Below are positions 1 through 13,071 of a DNA stretch of 36,385 nucleotides, piece after piece. The translations under genes were made by a program, and so were the position numbers. Under the pieces are notes generated by a model that saw only the letters and a program-made list of their open reading frames with translations, had not been told where the DNA came from and did no database searches. Source of the stretch: Sphaeroforma arctica JP610 (taxonomy: Eukaryota); the NCBI RefSeq assembly GCF_001186125.1, contig NW_014040054.1, forward strand, positions 5,722 to 42,106. The letters run 5' to 3'. The first letter of the stretch is position 1; every line of letters starts with the position of its first letter.

Positions 1-54
1 TTCATAGACATATACCTACATAGCTCAGATTCATAGACATGTATCTACATAGCT
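1..54. repeat. 29-bp tandem repeat, about 2 copies, truncated at the window edge
   Basis: ttcatagacatatacctacatagctcaga is followed by ttcatagacatgtatctacatagct. Confidence 0.6.
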
Positions 55-1124
55 ATGTGTTGTGTCTGTCGTATGGGGTTTTGTGCTAAGATTGTGCGCT
101 TGCTCGATGTGTATGGGATGTCCGCGTGTGCCGCGGGCATGTTTGAGGTATAGCTTTGGAGCGACCCCTTTCTTGGCTGCACATGCTCCCTTAAGGCTTC
201 GTGTGTGTGCGATTAGATTACCCAGTTGCGCGTGTTCGGTACATACAGTACCATACCCTGAGGTCATTGATACTCGCGCGCGGGGCAGTTAAATCACTCT
301 GTCGCTCACTTTAATACCCATGAACTGGTTGGTTCGCTGTTGTGGCTTCGTCGCTGATCGCATGGACTGTATACACCATGCTCTCTTGTGCTATATGTCA
401 GGTTTTTGTAGGAATCAACCGCTGAATACGCAGATTGTTCTTAAATCATCCGATCAGATAGCCCCGGTGTGGAGCTTTGTGCCCGAGCTACTCACGACTG
501 AGGTAACCCTCTCCCAGTCGTGTGTGTTTTCTGGAGTGTGGGACGGCGTATGTTGCCTGTGCATGTACAAATACACCGTGTATTGTACACGTGTAATGTG
601 CACGTGTGTTCTTTTTGGTATGTATTTTGTTGTGGATTTTATGGGTCAATTCAGATGAGGAGGGGTATTGCCGAATAGTGCGATGAGTTTGTGTATGTGT
701 GCCACGGCCATAATATAAAAGGTATCGTTCTGTCCCTGTGTATAGACTTTTGGTATATGTGCTTCATATCTGTGTATGCGCATCTCTACGTACGACCTCC
801 AGCTCGAGTGCATGTCTACCTAGCTGAGCTTTTTACTATTCCAAAAGTAAATCCCACCATACACCCCCCACACCCCACCCTTTTAGACCGGACGTGAACT
901 GCTCTGGAGTTAGAGTTACCATGAAGCCCTATTCAAGGCTATTGAATCTGTGCTTAACCAGCTACCAGAAGACCTTCAAGCCACCGCCACCCCCCGCCCA
1001 CACACACCAACCAAGTAATTGACGTAGATGCTCTGGATTGTGCGCCTGGCCCTGTGCCTGTCCATAAGCCTATGCCCACTGACACTGACACTGACACTAC
1101 AGTGACTGCACCCGGTGCGATTTT

Positions 1125-1230
1125 GCCAGAAATTACTCTGCAACAGTGGAAGCACCGCGGTGTCACCCACAGCACTGGCCAGAAATTACTCTGCAACAGT
1201 GGAAGCACCACGGTGTCACCCACAGCACTG
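1125..1230 (+). repeat. 53-bp tandem duplication (2 copies, 1 mismatch)
   Basis: gccagaaattactctgcaacagtggaagcacc(g/a)cggtgtcacccacagcactg occurs at 1125-1177 and 1178-1230. Confidence 0.9.
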
Positions 1231-1983
1231 CACCGCAGAACCGACTGCCCGGGGTCAACCAGCCCCTGTCTGGTCTGACAGGTACCCTGTCTGGTCTGGT
1301 AGGTACCCCTTGTGCACCACCCACAGTCCACTGGGCGGCACAGCCATGTACGCGTGTCCCATTAGCCTTGCTAGTCTTCACAGCAATCCATACCAGCGCG
1401 TCCGTGCACAGGACATCAGCAACGAGCCTTGCATGGTGTGTCTGGAGGATCTGGCACCAACGCGAATGCCGCATGAGCCAGATACGACCACGTCTGCGTC
1501 GGATAGAAGCTCTATCGATGTGGATGGAGACCAGGAGCGTGCGCGGGTTTGTGTGGCGCTGAAGGCTTGTGCACATCAGTACCACGAGGGGTGTCTGGCC
1601 GCAGCCCTAGCGAATAGTATGGCGTGTGCTATCTGCCGAGCACCAGTGGCGCAGGGGATGAGGGGCACCCAGCCGTCTGGGACGATGCAATACAAGATGT
1701 ATCCGTTTTCCGCGGGTATGCAGCAACAGTACCACCCCTCACCAGGTGTGAAACATCAGGGAGCACGACGGATCGCCTACTTGCCGGACAATCGGGATCG
1801 CAAGATGCTGCTGAATCGACTGTTGTACGCGTTTGAGGTATTAACTTGTTGGGTGATCGATTTGAACGTCTCGAATTTGACGGCATGTATAGGTTTTTAT
1901 AATCACATGCCTGTGAGTAGTTTTCATTCACGACTTTGTTCCCTATGTGCAGATTCGATGAAGCCTGTCGTTGTTTACAGGCA

Positions 1984-1997
1984 TGTATGTATATATG

Positions 1998-2048
<51 letters not shown>

Positions 2049-2095
2049 GTGTGTGTGTGTTCGTGTGTTCGTGTGTTTGTGTGTGCGTGTGTGTT
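1984..2095. repeat. (TA)n/(TG)n compound microsatellite in the Deltex-like intron
   Basis: Seen directly; it explains the spurious CVCVCV tail of ORF 1115..2107. Confidence 0.95.
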
Positions 2096-2420
2096 CTAAC
2101 TATGTAGATGTTCTTTTTCTGTCAAGCCGAAAGCTGCTCTTCCCATGCCTGGTACTAGAAAGTCTGATGTGATGGGAAACAATGCATTCGCACCTGGCAG
2201 GTAGAGTTGAGTCGGCTTTCATTTGAAGTATATGTCCCTACATGCTTCGCGTATTCACATCCAACACAGAAAATAATCTGTTCCTAGCTTGTATAAGTCA
2301 CACCCTCACAACTTTATTCAGCTTGATATGTCCCCATCCCCCGTGCAACATGATACACTTCGAGAAACCATCCCTTTGCACCTTTCTGTATTCAACACCC
2401 CCTTAGTCTTAGCGCAGTCC

Positions 2421-2442
2421 TATATATATATATATATATATA

Positions 2443-2476
<34 letters not shown>

Positions 2477-2534
2477 ATATATGTTTACATATGTTTATAT
2501 TTATATTTATATTTATATATTTATATATATATAA

Positions 2535-2567
<33 letters not shown>

Positions 2568-2610
2568 CGTGTGTGTGTGTGTGTGTGTATGTATATATGT
2601 ATATATTTAT
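2421..2610. repeat. (TA)n/(TG)n compound microsatellite
   Basis: Seen directly. Confidence 0.95.
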
Positions 2611-3273
2611 TTGTTAACCTATCTTTTACCTACCACAGCACGGCCTTACCTTCACGGTCGGAACCTCCTACACCTCCGGACAACCTAATCAAGTGACCTG
2701 GGGGACCAATCAAACACGGTATGCATTTGACTGAACATACGCCACACACACGCAGACGTGATTCGTGTGACGAAGTGTATGGTAGCACTACAAACTAGCC
2801 TGATTCCTGTTTGTCGTGTCGTGTGAGTTTGGGTCCATCAAATCAGGTCAATATCGAAGTGTTTTTCGTTGCGTCTTTGAATATAAATTGGTTCTGTATC
2901 CAATCCTCTTTCTACTCCACCGTGCTCTCATACCAGGCTTCGCTGACCCTGGCTACTTCGTTAATGCAAAATTTATTTATGAATATATATACTGAGGGTA
3001 TAGCGTATGTATAACTGTAAGCGCACACAGATTGTTATGTACGTGAGTTGAGCACGTTTCATGGCTTGTAGTTGTGCACACAACTGAAAGGATTTAAAAG
3101 GAAATGCCAAGTAGGTCATGAAGGGGCAGAGGAAGATGCAGACGCAGTTGAAGCTGCAGCTACATTCCCAACACCTCAGAGAAACAGGCACGATCTACAC
3201 CGCCATGAGAAGCTCATTCGATCACATGTCCACATGGACTTTCGATTGATATGCGGCACGTCACCTGTACAGA

Positions 3274-3557
3274 TAGCCTTGGTATAACACGCCGTAGATG
3301 CATACGTCAGCATGCGTTACTAGCCTTGGCATAACACGCCATAGATGCCTACGTCAGCATGCGTTACTAGCCTTGGCATAACAAGCCATAGAGGCATACG
3401 TCAGCATGCGTTACTAGCCTTGGCATAACACGCCATAGATGCATACGTCAGCATGCGTTACTAGTCTTGGCATAACACGCCATAGATGCATACGTCAGCG
3501 TGCGTTACTAGCCTTGGCATAACACGCCATAGATGCATACGTCAGCATGCGTTACTA
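3274..3557. repeat. 47-bp minisatellite, 6 copies
   Basis: The unit tagccttggcataacacgccatagatgcatacgtcagcatgcgttac starts at 3274, 3321, 3368, 3415, 3462 and 3509, with 1-2 substitutions per copy and no spacers. Confidence 0.95.
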
Positions 3558-4937
3558 AAGCACTGCACATCGATACCACCCGAACACCCACACCATTTGA
3601 TATGCAGACAGGAGAAAGCGATCAGTGGCACAGGCCGTGGGTGTGAACTAATGCCCATGGGGTGCTGTTACAGGCACGTCGCGTAAGATAGCAGCCGGTA
3701 GCATGATGCGGACCACAGCCGAGTGTGTCTTCGGCTCCTTGTATGCCAGTGCCTAAAGCACAGTCGCATAGTTTGATAGGACGGGTGTCTTATCTGGGTA
3801 GAACGTGATGTTGGAAAAGGCGACTGCGGTGGTGTGGGAATGCAAGCCATCGGAGATAGTTGAGTCGTGGCTGGCAAATAAGTCTCTACAGGGGTACATT
3901 ACCAGTATTGTTTATAGGGACATATTGACGCCCTGCATACACGGTGATCAAGACATATCATTCGCGCATATGTACACAACACGCACACAAGGTCATGTGC
4001 TTAGCACTGCCTGAGCTTATACGGAGTGGTAGATGAGACGGTGAAGCTAATAGGTATCAGCTATGTACTCAAATCTAGTACAGACGCACACCAACTACCG
4101 AAGTGGGGGGGGGGGGACAGGTCGAGCCATGACAAAGAATAATTTGTCGAAGTAGCTGTATTGGCCGAGGAGCATCCTTCATCGGTATAGTGGACGAGAG
4201 ATGCCTGTGCTCTGGAAACCCCAGCAGTAAGCAAGGAAAACAAAGCCATGTAGATAGATATGTAGGTAAGCTCTGGATACTACGCGGGGATGGAATGACG
4301 AATATGAGGGGTTTGGCAGACAACCCCAATTGAGCACACGCGAGAAAAACAATAAAGGCTTAAGAATGGTCTTCGAAAATACAGGACTAAGAGTATTGTC
4401 CTACGAAAATAAAGGACAAGGTATATTAGGTATATTATAGGCGGACGCATGTATTGATCAACAGCTCGTATCTAACCATCACGAAAGCCAGGATGGTATA
4501 CTTATGTCTATACGCTTACAGCTGATTTGACAAATGTGATAGCCCAGAACGAAAGTCTTTTAGGACACCAAAAAAAAGTAATAGGTCAGCTATTATCAAA
4601 TGGACAGCCGGAAAACTGGATAGGTACGATCCCCAAATGAAAAAGAAAAACGCTTTCACTGCGCACGTGCATGACGCTCTAATGTGCAGGGTATACGGAA
4701 TGACGTACAAACAAGTCAAAAGAGAGTGATCAACACACCCACGAACGACTACGACGAGAGAAGCCATTCATGAATAAGTGAATGAGAAAGTGGCCATGGC
4801 ATACAATACACACGCTCAGCACACGACATGTATTGTATTGGACTACAAGGCCACTCCGCTTGCCGAAGGTTCAAGTTAAACTTATTACATTTAATCGGAA
4901 CTAACTATGTACGCGTGAGCACTAAAACCGTACGCTC

Positions 4938-7900
4938 TTAGATGGCTGCGTCGGGTGCCTTCTCAAACTCAATGATGATGTCATCTGCTGAAACGTTTTC
5001 TCCCGGTTGTGCGTTGATAGAGATAATCTTGCCTGAGCAGCCGGCTCGCAAAGAATTCTGCATCTTCATGGCTTCTACTACGGCGACAACCGTACCCTCA
5101 CCGACCTATGGGTGCGGACCAATGGGAAATAGTATGTTAGTATAGTCCGTTGGGAAATAGTATTTTAGTTTATTTTAGTATAGATCATGGTAATAGCATG
5201 TTAATATAGACCAATAATAAAACAGCGACAGCGCGCATTCCAATGTGAGGACGAGAGGAAAACGTTTATGGTCAATGTATGGTACAGAAGCAAACACCAC
5301 AGCGTATGAACATGTGCAGGTTGAGGTAAAGCGTTGCACGCGTTTCGCCTACGCCCACCGCCACGTAGTACAACACCGGTCACATCTCGAATCAGCCATC
5401 GAGCGCCAAAGGACAATACATCTCAACTGTAGCACAACCACACAGAGCTGGTACAAACACCTCAGGCATACTTAACATGTTATTGTTTAGAGTGCACTTA
5501 CCGTGTCTCCGACCTTCACGTTCATGGCCACAATCTGCCCAGGCATGGGCGACACCACCATCAGTGATGTGTCTAGCTCCACTGGCTCAGGCATATGTGT
5601 GTACAGCGCCCGCTGGGTCTCGGTCAAGATGCGTACGGGGTAGATAGAACCCTTGAATCCAAGCTGTGGTGAATGGGTAGGTAGAGTGGACGGGATGAGG
5701 TGTGGTACAAAGGGATAAGGAAGAGTGGGGCACATGACACATACACCGTGTGATGGGTGAGAGGGTAAGGTGCGCCTGCCGATAGTGTGTTGGTGACTGG
5801 TGGTGTACTAATATAATAATGAGATTGATGGCCACTCTTAAAACCCTAAATCCCGCTAATGAATCTGCATCATGCACAAACATATCGGTATCATGTGCAA
5901 AAGAGCGTGCGTCAATGTATGAACGTATTGGCATCTTGTATAAGAGCACTTACATATTCAAGGAAGTGTGTGTATCTAGTCTATAAACGCACATGCACCA
6001 CAAATAAACGTACCTGCATCATGTATGAGTCAGAGCCCAAGTGCTGGACGGTGATGGGCTTGCCGTTGATTTTCGCCTCCATCAGAGGTGCGTGAACTCT
6101 CCACTGTAACCGATGAAGTGAATGGTCAGGTACAATCTTTGAGTTACGGCCATAATTGGTGAAAGATAGTTTGAATTACAAACAATATTGAGTTACAATG
6201 TACGCTAGCGAGAAAGAAATCGAACATACATACAAGACACATTATCAGTCACCAGCAAACGCAACCTGAGTACAACATGGCATCGTCCCGTCCAGATTGA
6301 ACTGTTGGATATACAGTGGGCAATTAGAGTGCCTGTCGATAGAGGCACTGGTTGTTGTTGTTTGGGTGTGGTTTAGTTCATTATACTACAATGCAACCGT
6401 CCGTCCACCTTCCACGTCAACAAGACACAGGATGGGAACTACGCCCCAGTCCAGGGACACCGCCCAGGCCTTTCAGGTGCACACCCCACACACTATAACC
6501 TATAACCTACAACATAACATGTAGCATACAACATACAACAAGCACACACCTCGCCACTAAGCGTGATGGTCTCTTCACCCACGCGCACGGTACAGTCACT
6601 TCCGGTGCCGTACGTCACCTCGGCCGGCAGCTCCTCCTCGCCCAGCAGCACCATGTACTTCTTGGGGTGCTTGGCCGTGTGTGTGTGGGCGGGTGCGTTG
6701 GGGTTGGCCGACTCGTTGGTGCCCAAGTACTCGTAGGACCTTTGGTAGATGCGATCGTTCATCATGGCGGCCACAGCCATGAGAGACTTGATCTCGTGGG
6801 CGGAGAGTTCCGTGGTTTTGAACCCGTCGGGGTAGACCTGCTCGATGAACTTGGTGTTGATGTCACCGGACTGGGGTGGGGTGGGGACAGGCGGGTACAA
6901 GGGTTTGGGGTTGAAATATTGGTTTAGGGAGGGGTAGTAGTTTAAAAGGAGGGGAATATAAATATATGTATATATATATATATGTATATATAATTTGTAT
7001 ATATGTATATATATATGTATATANNNNNNNNNNNNNNNNNNNNNNNNNNNNNNNNNNNNNNNNNNNNNNNNNNNNNNNNNNNNNNNNNNNNNNNNNNNNN
7101 NNNNNNNNNNNNNNNNNNNNNNNNNNNNNNNNNNNNNNNNNNNNNNNNNNNNNNNNNNNNNNNNNNNNNNNNNNNNNNNNNNNNNNNNNNNNNNNNNNNN
7201 NNNNNNNNNNNNNNNNNNNNNNNNNNNNNNNNNNNNNNNNNNNNNNNNNNNNNNNNNNNNNNNNNNNNNNNNNNNNNNNNNNNNNNNNNNNNNNNNNNNN
7301 NNNNNNNNNNNNNNNNNNNNNNNNNNNNNNNNNNNNNNNNNNNNNNNNNNNNNNNNNNNNNNNNNNNNNNNNNNNNNNNNNNNNNNNNNNNNNNNNNNNN
7401 NNNNNNNNNNNNNNNNNNNNNNNNNNNNNNNNNNNNNNNNNNNNNNNNNNNNNNNNNNNNNNNNNNNNNNNNNNNNNNNNNNNNNNNNNNNNNNNNNNNN
7501 NTATATATAAATATATAAATATATAAATTTATTTTTTAGAGGAAAGCTTAAGTGTTTTGTGGACCAAGCAATTCGAGACCTGGCGATTAGCAGTACAGAA
7601 ATATCTATAGAATGCTTTGAGACAGATATATTACACAACAGATGTGTTATAGCACAGTACTGTCTCGCAGGTACAACCACCGATAGGTGCGAGCGCGACC
7701 AACCGGAAGTTGGAAGTCAGAGATACGAGTGGCATTCTATCCATCCTACTAACTGTAACTCACCAACACACTGGGAAGAGAGTAGAAAGCCCTCCAGACT
7801 ACACCCATGACGGCTAAAAGCCGCCAACAAGCACACAATGATATATTCTACTGTGTTCTCGTTATTTACACACACCTCGTCTATGAACAGGGAGGGGGCC

Positions 7901-10900
7901 TCCTCAATTACTTTCTGGTTACGTCTCTGGATAGAGCATTCACGCTCAGCCAAGTAGATGTAGTTGCCATGGGCATCACCCAGCACCTGTGTAGGTAGGT
8001 AGATCACGTCGTCAGTAAAAGTACAGGTATGACTAGTAGACGTACGAATGGTAGACCTAGATAAAGAGGTGAATGAAGGCACAAAGGTGTACGTTGTCGA
8101 CTACAAGTATCACAAGATGTTGTGTTCCGATCCATGCCGTGCGCAACCCTTGCAGTGTGGTATACATACAGTTCGGGACAACACTGGGCGTACACTACTC
8201 CCCGCTAGCGTGATATTGGGTGATGCAGAAGGAAAAGACAATGTATGTTTGTGTGGAGCGATGGGCCGCCTAACGAGCCTAAAGTCACACGCGATAGTGC
8301 GCAACTGTCCGACCATGTATGCGCCAACTGATTTCGAAACGGACACTACTAATACATGGGCGTGTATTGTACAGTGGTCGTATAATATACATCCCCGGAT
8401 ATAGCTGTGAAGGACTCGCTGTTTCCAGTAGCCAGGTAGTGCAATCACTCCACAGTTACATGCGCAGTATGCACATAAGCCGAGAAAGACTTGGCCGACT
8501 GTGAAATAGCTACCCCCGCGAAACACTATGCTTGTGTATTTAGAAGCATGCATTGTATCCCAATCATACGAACAACCGGTTATACATACAGGTACACAGC
8601 CAGACTTTCGACAATCCGCATACATGCGCATGCACACACCTGGATCTCAATGTGCCGTGGGTTGTCGATGTACTTCTCCACCAACATACGGTCGTCTCCG
8701 AACGACGACAGGGCCTCGGACTTAGACAGCGTGAAGGACTCGCGGCACTCCTCGTCATTCCAGGCCACTCGCATACCCTTACCTGAGAGATTGAGAGCAG
8801 TCAAAGACAATACGTAAGGTCGACATATGTCTGGATTTCAGATAAAAGATATAGGCATTGGAGTGTGTATAACTGAACCCTGCCCCACCACTACAAGGCA
8901 ATGTTACCGTGCACCTGAACTATCTTGGCCACATGGTGTGGTATATTATGTGTTCATACTTGAATAGTATACGTGGCTGTAGATGTTCTTACTGGAATGG
9001 ATGTGTACAGACCACCACTGCTCAGCAATGCTACCGTGCACCCGAGCCATCTTGGCCACGTGCATACTAGCCAGTGGCTTCAGGAATAATGGGCAGGTCT
9101 ATACGGCGTTGGCGAAATACCGACAACTGAACACAACTAAAAAAAAGCACCGTCGTGTTGTTGTATACAACCAGTACCTCAACAATCCCGAACCACAGAT
9201 GCGGAGACAGCACAAACATATTTAATAATGTGGTGTACACGAGCTATGTTTTAAAATATAGCGTAGAAGGCCGGCATCATACGCATATGTACACATTAGT
9301 GACAACAGGCGTGTCCCGTGCGAGGACTATATATCAATAGTACACAACATACCACCGCCACCGGCACTGGCCTTTACCATCACAGGGTATCCGATGTCAT
9401 TGGCCACCTTGACGGCCGTTTCCACATCCTCTATCTCACCATCGTATCCAGGGATGGTGTTGACCCCAGCATTCTTAGCTATGACCTGTATTAAATGTCA
9501 TTGGTTTTTTTTTGTCTGGAAGTTTAGATTTTGTCACAGGCGGGTGGGTGCAGGTCCATCGCCCGCACCGTAATCTCATATGACACTATACTGCCACAGA
9601 ACAAACTATATGAACATGTTCTGATTAAACGTCCTGAAAACTCTGCACACACCTTGGACTCGATCTTGTCACCCATGGCCTCGATAGCTTCCACATTGGG
9701 TGCGATGAATGTCACACCGGCCTCCTTCAGGCGTTGTGCAAAGTGAAAGTTCTCACTGAGAAACCCGTATCCGGGATGAACCGCTTGCGCGCCTGAGAGA
9801 ATCAAACGGGCGGTGCCAGGGTGTCAATATGGATGTCATGCGAGGGAAATCATCAACTATGTAGTATAAAACACGGCTCCCTGCCTACGCACAAGCACTC
9901 AGGCAGCGACGGGTGTCTATTGACTGCTCAAAAGTTGGAAGACACAGGCATTTGTGTACTTCCGAGAAGTGGTCACAAACAGTCGAGAAGGATTGACATA
10001 GAAAATAAATCACAGGTTTGTATGAATTACTGTAGTGACTATATACGCCTGTAAGCTAATTGCTTCACATGTATACCATACAATATGCTACCAAAGCCGC
10101 ATAGAAAAAAATAGGGTGTTCCACAAATACATGGCAATGTAAATGATCAGTGTGTCCACAGGCTAGCCAAACTATAGCATACCCGTTTTCTTAATCGCTG
10201 CCATCACATTATCAATATTCAGGTACGAATCGGCAGAGTTTGCTGGGCCCACTAGTACAGCCTCATCAGCCATCTGCACGTGTACCGAACTGGCATCTAC
10301 ATCAGAGTACACTGCCACCGTCTTAATCCCCAGAGCCTGACACGACCGCATCACACGGCAGGCAATCTCTCCTCTGTTGGCGATGAGAATTTTATCGGGT
10401 AACTGTAGAATACAGGGGGAGTGGGTCAGAGACAGACGTTAAGACTGGTGAGTTAGATAATTGGGCACGGGGTGTGTGTTGACAGATATAGTGGCGAGTT
10501 TGTCTCGTATTATACAATATGAAGCTATGTACTTCTATGCTGAAAGCCTGTATGTATTCATGTGCATGTCGAAGCATATGCTCTACCCATCGGCACTTCC
10601 ATTTCGCAGGCGTGTGTGCTGGTATGGCAAAATGGATGGGCGCAGTTCGTTCTGAAAAGCAGACAGTATCACATCGTGGAGTGTGGTAGCCCCCGTATCT
10701 TAGGGGGTGTAGGAGGGTAGTGGAGGGTCTCGTAACCCTCCTGTTGTACCATGGATGAGAGTGTATATACATAATCACAGACCACGCTACAAAACAATAT
10801 GTGAAAGGTTGTTCTGGCGTGTGTGCAACTTCGATGTGTAACCTTGAGGCTTTGGAAATATATTCACAGACCAGACATGTTTCGGCTTTTTGAAAACGAA

Positions 10901-11969
10901 CTTTGTACAGAGCATAGATAAAACTATACAAATACAAACCATTATATCTGCATCAAAGCCATCAACAATGGTGGAGTATGTAACTAAAAAACCAATCAAT
11001 TTTCTAAATCAGATTTTATATATATATATATATATATATGTATATTGTATACTTTATAGTATATATANNNNNNNNNNNNNNNNNNNNNNNNNNNNNNNNN
11101 NNNNNNNNNNNNNNNNNNNNNNNNNNNNNNNNNNNNNNNNNNNNNNNNNNNNNNNNNNNNNNNNNNNNNNNNNNNNNNNNNNNNNNNNNNNNNNNNNNNN
11201 NNNNNNNNNNNNNNNNNNNNNNNNNNNNNNNNNNNNNNNNNNNNNNNNNNNNNNNNNNNNNNNNNNNNNNNNNNNNNNNNNNNNNNNNNNNNNNNNNNNN
11301 NNNNNNNNNNNNNNNNNNNNNNNNNNNNNNNNNNNNNNNNNNNNNNNNNNNNNNNNNNNNNNNNNNNNNNNNNNNNNNNNNNNNNNNNNNNNNNNNNNNN
11401 NNNNNNNNNNNNNNNNNNNNNNNNNNNNNNNNNNNNNNNNNNNNNNNNNNNNNNNNNNNNNNNNNNNNNNNNNNNNNNNNNNNNNNNNNNNNNNNNNNNN
11501 NNNNNNNNNNNNNNNNNNNNNNNNNNNNNNNNNNNNNNNNNNNNNNNNNNNNNNNNNNNNNNNNNNNNNNNNNNNNNNNNNNNNNNNNNNNNNNNNNNNN
11601 NNNNNNNNNNNNNNNNNNNNNNNNNNNNNNNNNNNNNNNNNNNNNNNNNNNNNNNNNNNNNNNNNNNNNNNNNNNNNNNNNNNNNNNNNNNNNNNNNNNN
11701 NNNNNNNNNNNNNNNNNNNNNNNNNNNNNNNNNNNNNNNNNNNNNNNNNNNNNNNNNNNNNNNNNNNNNNNNNNNNNNNNNNNNNNNNNNNNNNNNNNNN
11801 NNNNNNNNNNNNNNNNNNNNNNNNNNNNNNNNNNNNNNNNNNNNNNNNNNNNNNNNNNNNNNNNNNNNNNNNNNNNNNNNNNNNNNNNNNNNNNNNNNNN
11901 NNNNNNNNNNNNNNNNNNNNNNNNNNNNNNNNNNNNNNNNNNNNNNNNNNNNNNNNNNNNNNNNNNACA

Positions 11970-12007
<38 letters not shown>

Positions 12008-12025
12008 AATATATATTTATATGTA

Positions 12026-12057
<32 letters not shown>

Positions 12058-13071
12058 TGTGTGTGTGTGTATATATATGTATATATATAAATACCTGTGT
12101 ATACGTGAGTATGCGTGTACAGTTGTGTGTATGTGTGTGTGCGAATATGTGTACACGTGTTTACATATAATTATTTGATATTGCACATTTGTACACAGCC
12201 CTGTACTATGCTGAATTTCTTCTCAGCTCGCTGTATGATAGGGCTCACCAATTAGAACATATAGGAGGCAGCAAATTATATTGCAACTGAATACAAGAGT
12301 ACAATTAAAAATCTGTGGTTGGGCGTGCTATGGTTTCCATATCTAAATATAGCGAAGTGATATAATGTCGGTATACAAAGCGCCAACATATGTAGCTGTT
12401 TAAAAGGCGGTGAGATGTGTAAGTCCTCTCACGAGCAATGCTTTGCAAACGAGACGATCTGGTTTTACAATGAGACATGGATCAAGTTCAGCGCACGCTT
12501 TCAACAAACTCATTACAATTCATACGAGGTAATGGCTATCATACGTTTGCAGCGGGACGATGGAAAAGAACACTCAGGTCAGGAAATGGTATATACAACC
12601 ATACAGAAAAGGAATACTTACACACAGATATACATATCCAACACTTGCACTTTACGTACATCCACCATACTACATTACAATCTCCAATCTTCTCGGACAC
12701 GAAACCACATACCCAACACATACATATTGGAGTACATCCAGCCATAGTAGTATACAACAATCTCGAAGAAGCTAATACACCCACCTAACACATAAATCTA
12801 CACTTATATGCAATCATATTTAAACGCTGACACCCCGGAATACTAATAAACATATGCATATGCAATACATACATCTACTATATCCAACATGCGCATCTCC
12901 AAGTCCACCATATACCCACACTAGGAACAATAACACTTAACACAATAATCTCGAATGTACCTCCTCACCGGCGGCAGACATGATGCCTCTGCTGAGCACA
13001 GGGAAGAGGAAACGGCTGTTGCGGGCCGTCAAGGCCTGCGCAACCTTATACGAGTGCTTTGCCAAATACAT
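4938..13071 (-). CDS. PCCA: Propionyl-CoA carboxylase alpha chain, mitochondrial (biotin carboxylase + BT + biotin carrier domains); spliced, with middle exons in an assembly gap
   Basis: Phase-consistent GT-AG exons: 13071-12961 ([29 protein letters not shown], presequence-like), 10402-10183 ([19 protein letters not shown]), 9792-9653 ([18 protein letters not shown]), 9485-9353 ([13 protein letters not shown]), 8782-8640 ([21 protein letters not shown]), 7986-7876 ([19 protein letters not shown]), then the gap, then 6870-6550 ([17 protein letters not shown]), 6103-6014, 5663-5502 (SPMPG) and 5105-4938 (EAMKM biotinylation motif, TAA). [12 protein letters not shown] and YPDGF favour PCC over MCC. 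Confidence 0.95.
7024..7501. other. Assembly gap (478 N) flanked by (TA)n, hiding PCCA exons
   Basis: Run of N. The PCCA reading frame lacks about 185 aa across it. Confidence 0.95.
11068..11966. other. Assembly gap (899 N) in PCCA intron 1, flanked by (TA)n/(TG)n microsatellites
   Basis: Run of N. PCCA exons 1 and 2 join in phase 0 ([12 protein letters not shown]), so no exon is required inside the gap. Confidence 0.95.

Larger units (their letters stand above)
411..3014 (+). pseudogene. Deltex-like (DTX3-type) RING-H2 + Deltex C-terminal domain E3 ubiquitin ligase, probably pseudogenised
   Basis: RING-H2 motif CMVC..CAHQYHEGC..CAIC at ~1430-1636. DTC motifs GTQPSGTM, HPSPG and RIAYLPDN..LLYAFE follow, ending at a GT donor at 1838. 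Exon 2639-2718 reads HGLTFTVGTSYTSGQPNQVTWG. An exon from 2937 reads (G)FADPGYF, matching Deltex GYPDPxY. Lesions: ~20 aa missing after GTM, a frameshifting loss of the IHHKT motif at ~2705, an in-frame TAG at ~911 in a putative upstream exon, and a 53-bp duplication. Upstream exons (~411-502, ~887 onward) are tentative. Confidence 0.8.

Noticed and set aside
3274..3557. CRISPR-like array
   Set aside because: Pure tandem repeat with no variable spacers.
6493..12186. Long ORFs (171-396 aa) in the ORF track
   Set aside because: These are artefacts of N runs and (TA)/(TG) microsatellites; only 6550-6870 of them is a real exon.
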